A DNA stretch of 64,000 bases from Candidatus Eremiobacteria bacterium (GTDB lineage: Bacteria; Vulcanimicrobiota; Vulcanimicrobiia; Vulcanimicrobiales; Vulcanimicrobiaceae), in the NCBI GenBank assembly GCA_963758295.1, contig CAVWUU010000001.1, forward strand, positions 288,001 to 352,000. The letters are read 5' to 3'. Positions 56,486 through 64,000 of the stretch are shown one piece after another (within the stretch, counting starts at the first letter, position 1; each line of letters opens with the position of its first letter). The position numbers and the translations under genes were made by a program. The notes beneath the pieces were generated by a model that saw only the letters and a program-made list of their open reading frames with translations, was not told the origin of the DNA and ran no database searches.

Positions 56486-58369
56486 TTACTGGCCTAAATG
56501 CTCCGCAATGAGGGCGACAAATGCTTCGACCGAAGCTTCGGGCGCAATGAGGTCGGGCGCGAATCCCGCTTCACGTGCGGCATTTCCGGACTGTGGTCCC
56601 ATAGCCGCTACTGCGGGGCGCGGTTGGAATTCGCGAAGATTTGGAAGGTACCGCGCGGCGGCCGCGACGGACCCGCTCGACGGAAAGATCAGCATATCGG
56701 GCCGGCGTGAAACGTCGCTCGAGCCGTTGCCCGGCTGCAATTCGACAACGTCGACGCCGCGGAGCCGCAATTCTGCGGCAATGCGGCTCGGCCGGTCCTG
56801 GCTGCGCGCAAGGAAGACGAGTCGCGCGCCGTTATTTCCGGCGTGCGGCGCAAGCGATTCCGCAATCGCCGTGCCTAGCGCTTCGGCCTCTTCAACGGTT
56901 TTCACGGGCCTTTCGAGCCGTTCGCGCACGATTTGGTTGCGGCCGGTAAGTGCAAAGGCCGCGTGAACCGTCATGTTCTCACCGATGAGCTGCGCGTGCA
57001 CGCCGAGCGGCGCGTTGCAGCCGGCACGCAGATTGCGAAGAGCAGCGCGCTCGCACGCGACGCACAACTCCGTTTCAGCATCGTTTATTACCGCGCGGAG
57101 CTTTTCTGAGAGGGCCGTTTCATCGGCGCGTGTTTCTATCGCCAACGCCCCTTGCGCCACCGCCGGGACCATCGCCTCGACGGAGAACGGCACCGTGTGC
57201 GTTGCGGCAACGCGCAGCCGGTTGAGGCCCGCCATCGCGAGCACGATCGCGTCGTATTTGCCTTCGCGAAGCTTGCGCAGACGCGTGTCGACGTTGCCCC
57301 GGATATCTTCGTAGCGCAAATCCGGACGCAGCGCTTCCAATTGCGTGCGCCGGCGCAAACTCGAAGTGCCTACCACTGCGCCTGCCGGCAGATCGCCGAA
57401 CGAGGCATAGCGCTCGCTGCAGAAGGCGTCGCGCGGATCTTCACGTTTGGAAATCGCGGCGAGCTGCATGTCGGGTTCCAACACGCCGGGCAGATCTTTG
57501 CATGAATGCACGGCGTAATCGGCGCGCCGGTCGCGTAACGCGATTTCGAGTTCTTTCACAAAAACGTTCATACTGCCGATCGCTGCAACGGGCCGGTCTT
57601 GAACGCGGTCACCGGTCGTGGTGACGTTGAGAATGGTGGTTGCAATGCCGGCCTCGGCGAGGCGCGCCGCAACGGTGCGCGTTTGCGTCATGGCAAGCGC
57701 ACTCGCCCGCGAAGCGCAAATGACCGCGCCGGTTCGCTTCTCAATGCCGCCGTGTTCTACGCGCTGGATCATCGCTTCGACGGTGTGCTCGCCTTCAATC
57801 GGGTCCATCGCGGATAAATCTTCTACCGGCAATTCGGCCAGTTCGCGCAACACCGCTGCGCGCCGTTCTTGCGGCAGGACGGCCTGAACGTACGCGCGCA
57901 TGCGCGCCAAGGTTTGCGCGGCGGCCGCGTACTTTGCATCGAAACGCTCGCCGAGTTCGCGCGCAAGCCGTTTCGAAAAGGCCGGCGTGCTGCCGCCCGA
58001 GTCGACGCTGAACGTCAGCTCGCCGACGCGAACCGTTGCCTGCATTGTGAAATCGCCGTTTTCCGGTGACGTCGCGTCGCAAGCCAGAATGCCGGCCGCC
58101 CGCGCATCGCGCACGACTCCGTCGTTAACAGCCGGGTCGCCGGTCGCCGCGATAACCAGAGAAACACCCTTCACGTCCGAGGCTTCATACGCGCGGCGTA
58201 ACAGCTCGGACTTGGGATCGAGCGCTTCGATCTTCGGATCGATTTGGGGAGCAACGACTCGAAGGCGGAAGCCGGCCGCGAGAAGCGCTTCGGCTTTACG
58301 CAGCGCAACATTGCCGCCGCCGGCGATCAGCGCTTGACGGCCTTGCGTTCGAAGAGCGATTGGAAGCAT
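56486..58369 (-). CDS. hemC: Fusion: precorrin-2 dehydrogenase (SirC/CysG-N) + hydroxymethylbilane synthase (HemC) + partial HemD-like domain
   Basis: N-terminal GGG.VA.RK...AAT.D...N; middle SR.S.LA..Q, FVKELE, AVHS.KD, GTSSLRR, RGNV.TRL, AGC..P; C-terminal IFPSSGSV..AAMGP....A. Confidence 0.9.
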   Translation of the reverse strand: MLPIALRTQGRQALIAGGGNVALRKAEALLAAGFRLRVVAPQIDPKIEALDPKSELLRRAYEASDVKGVSLVIAATGDPAVNDGVVRDARAAGILACDATSPENGDFTMQATVRVGELTFSVDSGGSTPAFSKRLARELGERFDAKYAAAAQTLARMRAYVQAVLPQERRAAVLRELAELPVEDLSAMDPIEGEHTVEAMIQRVEHGGIEKRTGAVICASRASALAMTQTRTVAARLAEAGIATTILNVTTTGDRVQDRPVAAIGSMNVFVKELEIALRDRRADYAVHSCKDLPGVLEPDMQLAAISKREDPRDAFCSERYASFGDLPAGAVVGTSSLRRRTQLEALRPDLRYEDIRGNVDTRLRKLREGKYDAIVLAMAGLNRLRVAATHTVPFSVEAMVPAVAQGALAIETRADETALSEKLRAVINDAETELCVACERAALRNLRAGCNAPLGVHAQLIGENMTVHAAFALTGRNQIVRERLERPVKTVEEAEALGTAIAESLAPHAGNNGARLVFLARSQDRPSRIAAELRLRGVDVVELQPGNGSSDVSRRPDMLIFPSSGSVAAAARYLPNLREFQPRPAVAAMGPQSGNAAREAGFAPDLIAPEASVEAFVALIAEHLGQ

Positions 58370-58380
58370 GGGTTTCTCGG

Positions 58381-60030
58381 ATGAGTTCCCCGCCCGCGCG
58401 CCAAACACCGTCACCCCATATGGAAAGACCCGCACGTGCGGCTTTTGTCGGCGTCGTCATTGCCGCGCTCATTACTCTCCCCGGACTGGGTGCGGGCACC
58501 CTTTGGGATAACAGCGAGACGGCTTACGGCGAAGTCGCCCGCGAGATTCTCCTGACCCACGATTGGGTCGTGATGCATCTCAACGGGGCAGTGTGGTTCG
58601 TGCAGCCGCCGCTCTACTTTTGGATTGCCGCCGCTTCGGCGCTGGTCTTTGGGGTTACGTCGTTTGCATTTCGCCTGCCGGCCGCGCTTGCGACGATCGT
58701 AATGGGCGGGATGACGGGATACGCCGTTGCTCGTCAGGCGGGCACGCGAATCGGGGTTTACGCAAGCGCCATTCTTTCGAGCTGCCTGATGCAAGCGATC
58801 ATCGGACGGCTTGCAATCATGGATGCCCTGCTCGATCTTGCGGTCGCTTTTGCGATTTTTTGGTGGTTCCGGTGCCTTGAGTCGGGGCGCGACCGGTATT
58901 TCGTCTTTGGCTGGATCGCGGCGGCGCTCGGTTTTCTTGCGAAAGGGCCCGTCGCACCGGTTATCGCGTTGCTCGTAATCGTGCCTTTCGCGTGGTGGAA
59001 TTCGCGCGCGGAATCGATGAGGCTTCCCTCGGTACGCGCGTGGCTGTGGGGTTGCGCCATCACGGTTCTAATCATTGCCCCGTGGCTCGTCGCGGTAGGG
59101 ATCCATTCCGGGCCGCACGCGCTGATCGAACTCATCGGCCACTACACCGTTGGACGCTACACGGGCGTGATCGAAAACCAGTCCGGGCCGTTTTGGTATT
59201 ACCTTCCGGTGCTGATCCTTGGGTTCTTTCCGTGGATTGCGTTTTTGCCGATGGCCGTTGCGTACGGAATCCGCCAACTGCGTTCGCCCGAAACCGATCC
59301 GGCGATCGCGCGGCTGTGGCGCCTAGCGTTCTCGTGGATCGTTTTACCGCTGGTTTTCTTTAGCTGCGCGAAAACGAAGTTACCCAACTACATCGCACTC
59401 GAGTTCCCGGCGCTCGCGCTTGCAACTGCGTTATATTTTGACAGCGTCGTTCGCAAAGGCCGTAGCCGCTCCGCCATCGTGTCGGCAGCAAGCGTTCCGG
59501 TCTTTATCGGTCTCGTCGCGATTGCCATTGCCGTTTTCGTGCGTGACAACCGCCTTGGCGCGGTCGCCGGCAACGTCGTTCCCGATCTTGCCGTTATGGG
59601 CAGCATCATTTTCGCGGGCTCGTTGTTGACGGCAGTCCTGCTCGGCTTCCGGCGAACGGTTGGTCTTGCGCCATATGCGCTCGCCGTTGCGACGCTGATT
59701 TCGATGGACATTCTTGCAACGGTAGCGCTTCCACACGCCGAAGCGTTCAAGCCGATTCCACACCTCGCAAAAATCATCGATGCGAACCGCAGGCCCGGCG
59801 ATGCCGTAGCGATCGACGACTATCACGGCGGGAACGCGTTGATTTTTTACACCGAGCCGCGCGTATATGCATTACGTAAACAAGTTGCGTGTTCGCATGA
59901 ACGCGTATGGGTCGTAGAACCGAAGAAACGAAGCTCACCCGATCCTACGTTCGGCCGTAAACGCACGAAGCAAGCCGAGTGGGCAACCGCGGCGCTCTAC
60001 CTGATCGACGGGCCGCCCTGTAAGTCTTAA
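58381..60030 (+). CDS. ArnT/PMT-family (GT39/GT83-like) membrane glycosyltransferase
   Basis: LWD..E..Y...AREI...DW, PPL..W, RLP, LAKGP, TKLP.Y. Many TM helices. Start could also be 58420. Confidence 0.88.
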   Translation: MSSPPARQTPSPHMERPARAAFVGVVIAALITLPGLGAGTLWDNSETAYGEVAREILLTHDWVVMHLNGAVWFVQPPLYFWIAAASALVFGVTSFAFRLPAALATIVMGGMTGYAVARQAGTRIGVYASAILSSCLMQAIIGRLAIMDALLDLAVAFAIFWWFRCLESGRDRYFVFGWIAAALGFLAKGPVAPVIALLVIVPFAWWNSRAESMRLPSVRAWLWGCAITVLIIAPWLVAVGIHSGPHALIELIGHYTVGRYTGVIENQSGPFWYYLPVLILGFFPWIAFLPMAVAYGIRQLRSPETDPAIARLWRLAFSWIVLPLVFFSCAKTKLPNYIALEFPALALATALYFDSVVRKGRSRSAIVSAASVPVFIGLVAIAIAVFVRDNRLGAVAGNVVPDLAVMGSIIFAGSLLTAVLLGFRRTVGLAPYALAVATLISMDILATVALPHAEAFKPIPHLAKIIDANRRPGDAVAIDDYHGGNALIFYTEPRVYALRKQVACSHERVWVVEPKKRSSPDPTFGRKRTKQAEWATAALYLIDGPPCKS

Positions 60031-60060
60031 TGCCGAACTTTCGTTGTTCGGAATATCGGA

Positions 60061-60098
60061 AAAGGAAGAGCGGCGCATTACTGCGCCGCCCTTTTCTT
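60061..60098. terminator. Bidirectional intrinsic terminator
   Basis: AAAGGAAGAGCGGCGCA-ttac-TGCGCCGCCCTTTTCTT between convergent genes. Confidence 0.75.
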
Positions 60099-60117
60099 CG
60101 GTAACGATTTTGGAGCG

Positions 60118-61533
60118 TTAGTGACCGGACTTATTGTTCGACGTGAGCGCCGTAATAACGTTGGCCACGTTCGGCGATCCGAGGCCGGTCGGCATGTCGT
60201 AGCCCGGCCCGGCGTTTTCGGCTGCCTCACCGAGGAAGCCGTTCGATCCCGACGTGACGTCGTGAAACACGGAGCTGTAGGCGCCGTTACGGGCAGCTTT
60301 GTACAACGTGTCGTTCACGAATCCGAGCGGATGGCCCGCGGCTTGATTCGCAAGAGTGATGATGCCGGCCCATTGCGGTGCACCGGCGCTCGTGCCGCCG
60401 ACAAAGTATAGCCCCGGCTGTTTGGGCGAGTTGAAGCTCTCCGCAACCAGCACCGCGGTGTAAATGCCCGCGTTATAGCTAACGTCGGCGACTTCGCGGG
60501 AATCCGGATGGAAGAAGCTCTGCTGGTATGGAGGGGCCTTGAAGATGACGCTCGGCGCGCCGCCCGTTGCTCCGGCCTGGGGACCGTACGCGCAGCCCAG
60601 CGGACACTGTGCGGGATCGCTGTCGTTCCAAACGGTTTCGCGTTGGTAGGCGCCCGTATCGCTGATGAAGAGCGACGTGCCGCCGACGGATAGCACCGAC
60701 GGGTCCGACGCGGGGAACTGCGCCGTCAGGGTACTGTTGCCGTTCGTTGCGCCGTCGTCGCCGGCGCTAGCAATCATCGTGATGCCCGCGGTTGCAGCCT
60801 GCTGGAAGAGCGCATCGGAGTGTTGCAGGTGCAGGTTGTGCACGCCGCCCGGAATTGCCGGTTCACCCGCTCCGAAGCTCATCGAAACGACGTTGCCCGG
60901 ATGGTTGTTCACGGCATAGGCTTCCACCGCTGCGAGGTCGGAACCGCGATTCGTCGGCGCGATCAGCAGATCGATCGTCGCTTTCGGCGCAATCGCATGC
61001 GCCCACTCGACGTCGAGCGACGTTTCGCCGGCCCACCCGGACATGGTCGCCGGATTGAAGGCGGCGGGCTGGCCCGCCGGATACATGATGTTGAGCGTGG
61101 GATCGGGCAAGCCCATCACGCGATCGAAATAGGCGAGATCTTGCTGAATCGTCGGGCTTCCGTATGCGTCAATGATAACGATCGTCTGGCCCGAGCCGTC
61201 GTAGCCGGCAGGAACGTTGTACGCGCTACGCATTTCGGCCGGCGTATAGCACGTCAGGCCGTAGACCTGGATGCAAACCGAAGGGGGCGGCAGAGCGTTC
61301 GCCGAGACGTTTCCGCTCGCGTTGAACGGCCGGGTCGGCGGATTGGCATTGTATTCGAAGTCCCCGTCGTTGGTCGCCGTCGTATCGGCGGCTTTGAAGC
61401 GCGACCCGGCGGTCGACTTGCCGGCGCTTGCGGTGGTGCCGTCCGTTTGCGGGGTTACGGATCCGCCGCCCGAGCATGCGGCTAATATCGAGGCTGCCAA
61501 TACCGCGGCAGCGGCTTTTGAAGAAATAGGCAT
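60118..61533 (-). CDS. S53 (sedolisin/kumamolisin) family serine peptidase lipoprotein
   Basis: Lipobox LAAC; ETSLDVE (Glu-x3-Asp), ASAGDDG, VGGTSAGAP (catalytic Ser), GYD..TGLG Ca site. Confidence 0.92.
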   Translation of the reverse strand: MPISSKAAAAVLAASILAACSGGGSVTPQTDGTTASAGKSTAGSRFKAADTTATNDGDFEYNANPPTRPFNASGNVSANALPPPSVCIQVYGLTCYTPAEMRSAYNVPAGYDGSGQTIVIIDAYGSPTIQQDLAYFDRVMGLPDPTLNIMYPAGQPAAFNPATMSGWAGETSLDVEWAHAIAPKATIDLLIAPTNRGSDLAAVEAYAVNNHPGNVVSMSFGAGEPAIPGGVHNLHLQHSDALFQQAATAGITMIASAGDDGATNGNSTLTAQFPASDPSVLSVGGTSLFISDTGAYQRETVWNDSDPAQCPLGCAYGPQAGATGGAPSVIFKAPPYQQSFFHPDSREVADVSYNAGIYTAVLVAESFNSPKQPGLYFVGGTSAGAPQWAGIITLANQAAGHPLGFVNDTLYKAARNGAYSSVFHDVTSGSNGFLGEAAENAGPGYDMPTGLGSPNVANVITALTSNNKSGH

Positions 61534-61668
61534 TCACGACCCTTTGATGAGAGTGCTGGACAAGATCTCGCGACCGGACATACGTCGGCCGTGGGCGGGC
61601 CTCTTAGGGCTACTTTAGTCTGAAGCCTGCTAATAATCGCGAAAATCTTAACTTTTGCCTAACAAAGC

Positions 61669-61704
61669 AGACGGGCGCCACCTTTCGGCAGCGCCCGTCT
61701 TTTT
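61669..61704. terminator. Intrinsic terminator after the cytochrome b/c gene
   Basis: AGACGGGCGC...GCGCCCGTCT-TTTT inverted repeat. Confidence 0.7.
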
Positions 61705-61725
61705 GTCCGGAGAGATCGAGAGTTC

Positions 61726-63210
61726 TTAGGGAACGTCGGCGGCTTTGACGGCCGAAGCCTTGTTGTTGCCGATCGAGCCGCGGATGTAACTAACGACGTC
61801 CGCGATGTCCTTTTTCGAGAGGCTGGCTTTCCACGGCGGCATTTGCGCGCCGTAGGTTTGACCCATTACGGCTTGTCCGTGCAGACCGTTTTCGACGACG
61901 TTGATCACGGCTTTCGGATTGCCGGTCACGAACGGATTGTTCGCAAGCGGCGGAGCGACGCTGGGCTGGCCTTGGCCCGTCGCGCCGTGGCAGCTCGAAC
62001 AATTGGTCGCAAAGACGTGCGAGCCGTTGGCGTTCTCGGAAGCGGCACCGCCGCCGCCGGCAACCACCGGGCCCGTGCCGTTGCTTTCGCCGCCCGAATT
62101 CGTCGTCGCGGCGAGAACTTGGCTCTCGCTTTGCGACGGCGGTCCGGCCGCGATCTTCGATTGAATGTTGGCCTGCGCGTAGAACGACAGACCTACAATC
62201 GCGACGAGGATGATGGTCGTGATCAGCAAGATCGCGGCGCGCGATGCGAACGAACGCGTCAAGCTGCGATCGAGCCACGGAAGCAGCAGCACCACGATGA
62301 TGCCGATCGTCGGCACGATGATGGCCGCGAGCAGTTCCGGGAACGGACCATTGCCGAGGAAGAGCGGTACGAGGTTCAGCAAGCCGAACAGCGACAAGAA
62401 ATACCACGCCGGATACGGCACGAACTGCGAGTTCGTGGGATCGGCCTTGGCGTCGAGGAACGGCGGAGCGATGAACGCGAGCGCGATGATGATCAGGAAT
62501 ACGACGAACGACGCGAACGCATCCATGAACATCTGATCCGGCCAGAAACGTCCGGGGCGCAGTTCGCGCGGGTCGCGCGCAACCGGGCCGGCCGGGCCGT
62601 TGTGGCGGAAGATTGCGAGGTGAGCGCCCACGAGCGCAACGAGCGCTGCGGGCATCAGCCACACGTGCAAGCCGAAGAAGCGATTGATGGTGTTGGTGCC
62701 CATCGTTCCGCCGCCCTGCGCGATGTTCTGCAGGAGGCCGCCGCCCGGCGGAAGACCCGCGATGTTTAGCGACACCTGCGATGCGAAGTACGCGTCCATG
62801 TCCCACGGCAACAGGTAGCCGGTGAGACCGAGAACGAGCGTTACGACGAAGAGCAGAATGCCGACGATCCACTGCAGTTCGCGCGGCGATTTATATGCGC
62901 CCCAAACCAGCACTTGAAGCAAATGCAGGAAGACCAGCGCGATCATCGCCGACGCGCCCCAGTAGTGAACCGAGAGCAAGAAGTGCGTGAACGGATTGAG
63001 ATAAATTGCGCGCGTCGATTCCCATGCCGTAGCGGCCGAGGGCGCGTAGAAGAACGTTAGGAAAATACCGGTCGTAATCTGCAGGATCATCGCGAACAAA
63101 GTCGCGCTGCCGAAGACATACCAATAGCTAGCGCCGCCCGGGATATCTTCCGTAAGGAAGTCCTTCGCCATCGAGAGGAACCCAGTGCGTGATTCGATCC
63201 AGTTAAGCAT
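61726..63210 (-). CDS. Rieske/cyt b complex cytochrome b subunit fused to subunit-IV-like region and C-terminal cytochrome c
   Basis: YVFGS, Q..TG.FL..FY.P, VHYWGAS...LH, PREL.W..G, TGYLLPWD, RFFGLH...H, P.WYF, then CSSCHG...MP. Start ATG 63210 with AAGGAAGG RBS. Confidence 0.93.
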   Translation of the reverse strand: MLNWIESRTGFLSMAKDFLTEDIPGGASYWYVFGSATLFAMILQITTGIFLTFFYAPSAATAWESTRAIYLNPFTHFLLSVHYWGASAMIALVFLHLLQVLVWGAYKSPRELQWIVGILLFVVTLVLGLTGYLLPWDMDAYFASQVSLNIAGLPPGGGLLQNIAQGGGTMGTNTINRFFGLHVWLMPAALVALVGAHLAIFRHNGPAGPVARDPRELRPGRFWPDQMFMDAFASFVVFLIIIALAFIAPPFLDAKADPTNSQFVPYPAWYFLSLFGLLNLVPLFLGNGPFPELLAAIIVPTIGIIVVLLLPWLDRSLTRSFASRAAILLITTIILVAIVGLSFYAQANIQSKIAAGPPSQSESQVLAATTNSGGESNGTGPVVAGGGGAASENANGSHVFATNCSSCHGATGQGQPSVAPPLANNPFVTGNPKAVINVVENGLHGQAVMGQTYGAQMPPWKASLSKKDIADVVSYIRGSIGNNKASAVKAADVP

Positions 63211-63227
63211 CGTGTTCGGATCCTTCC

Positions 63228-63905
63228 TTACGATTGGTACGAGATGACGACGCGATCCGGCTGGGAGGCTTTGTAGCGGACCCACATGATTTCAGCGGCT
63301 CCGTTCGCTTCGCGCAACGGCAACGGATCGAGACCGCGTGGCGCCGGTCCGGCGAGATGTTCGCCGTCGATATTGAACTGCGATCCATGGCACGGGCACG
63401 CGAACTTGTTGCCGCTGTCGTCCCACAAGAAACGGCATCCGAGATGCGGGCAAATCGGGCTGAAGATAACGAAGTTCATATTGACGACGTTGTAGTCGAC
63501 GTCGGCCTTGCCGTTCACGTAAAGATCGGGGCGCGCTTTTTCGAATGCCGACTGATCGGCGACTTTGATGCCCCAGACGTATTCCTGAGACGTCTGCTCC
63601 GGAAGATACGAATCTTTGGACTTCAAGTTGAACGTAAGCTTAACGGGCTTGTCCGTCGCGGTCTGCAGCTCTTTGAGCTCGTCGGCGGTGAGCGGTGCCC
63701 AGTTTCCCGAGCCGCTGCCGCCCGTCGGCAGCAGTGAACCGACGATCGGGATCACGAGCCCGACGCCAATGATGCCGCTAAGCGTCAGCGTCGCTTTGGC
63801 CATGAACGACCGCCGGCTGATTTCCTCAGCCGTGCCCGGGTCGTCGTAGGCACTAAGAATTTTACGCGAGCCGCCTTCAAACGCGCCCGCAGCTTGTTTG
63901 GACAA
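63228..63905 (-). CDS. Rieske iron-sulfur subunit of quinol:cytochrome c reductase
   Basis: Tat-like SRRSFM plus TM helix; CPHLGC and CPCHGSQF boxes; GPAPRGL. TTG start with GGAGAG RBS. Confidence 0.93.
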   Translation of the reverse strand: MSKQAAGAFEGGSRKILSAYDDPGTAEEISRRSFMAKATLTLSGIIGVGLVIPIVGSLLPTGGSGSGNWAPLTADELKELQTATDKPVKLTFNLKSKDSYLPEQTSQEYVWGIKVADQSAFEKARPDLYVNGKADVDYNVVNMNFVIFSPICPHLGCRFLWDDSGNKFACPCHGSQFNIDGEHLAGPAPRGLDPLPLREANGAAEIMWVRYKASQPDRVVISYQS

Positions 63906-64000
63906 AGTTCACTCTCCGGAAGTCTGATTTGGGACTAGGCCGCTAGCCCTTTTCCCAAGGATTGTAAGGCCGCCCTCTTCATATAGGCGATGACCAAGTT

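Noticed and set aside
61534..61668. c-di-GMP riboswitch upstream of the S53 peptidase
   Set aside because: GGCAAA and CTAA words are present, but the GNRA/receptor stems and GCAAAGC linker do not line up.
1..64000. Long antisense and alternate-frame ORFs in the track (e.g. 14758-15999, 32542-33867, 61790-62872)
   Set aside because: They are shadows of real genes in GC-rich DNA, with Arg/Ala-rich composition and no motifs.
1..64000. CRISPR array, tRNA/rRNA, IS elements, prophage
   Set aside because: I found no regularly spaced repeats, cloverleaf motifs, transposase, integrase or phage genes by eye. A tRNAscan/Infernal run would be needed to exclude small RNAs fully.

Overview
GC-rich, gene-dense chromosomal window from a diderm bacterium. 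Gene content and style suggest a soil lineage such as Ca. Eremiobacterota/Vulcanimicrobiota, but this is inference only. About 62 protein-coding genes are supported; I see no rRNA, tRNA, CRISPR array, IS element or prophage. Core content: pnp, rpsO, ggt, split transketolase, PolX, a nicotinate phosphoribosyltransferase-like gene, a selenocysteine formate dehydrogenase operon (alpha/beta/NrfD/fdhD) behind an OFA-family antiporter, a BMP-type nucleoside ABC transporter, arginase, a heme/siroheme operon with fusions (SirC-HemC-HemD-like, CobA-HemD) plus rex and mobA, and a Rieske plus fused cytochrome b/c complex. The most interesting candidate system is at the left edge: an operon encoding a Cyc2-like monoheme cytochrome-porin, a blue-copper cupredoxin lipoprotein, an SCO copper chaperone, a COG4315 lipoprotein and an OmpR-family regulator, which could be a metal-oxidation or extracellular electron-uptake module. 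Other oddities include a Cys-less PfpI, a pseudo-ATPase ABC module, divergent genes sharing one CATG, a rpsO-pnp split, likely leaderless transcripts, and a cluster of single-base frameshifts at about 37-50 kb that most likely reflects sequencing or assembly error.
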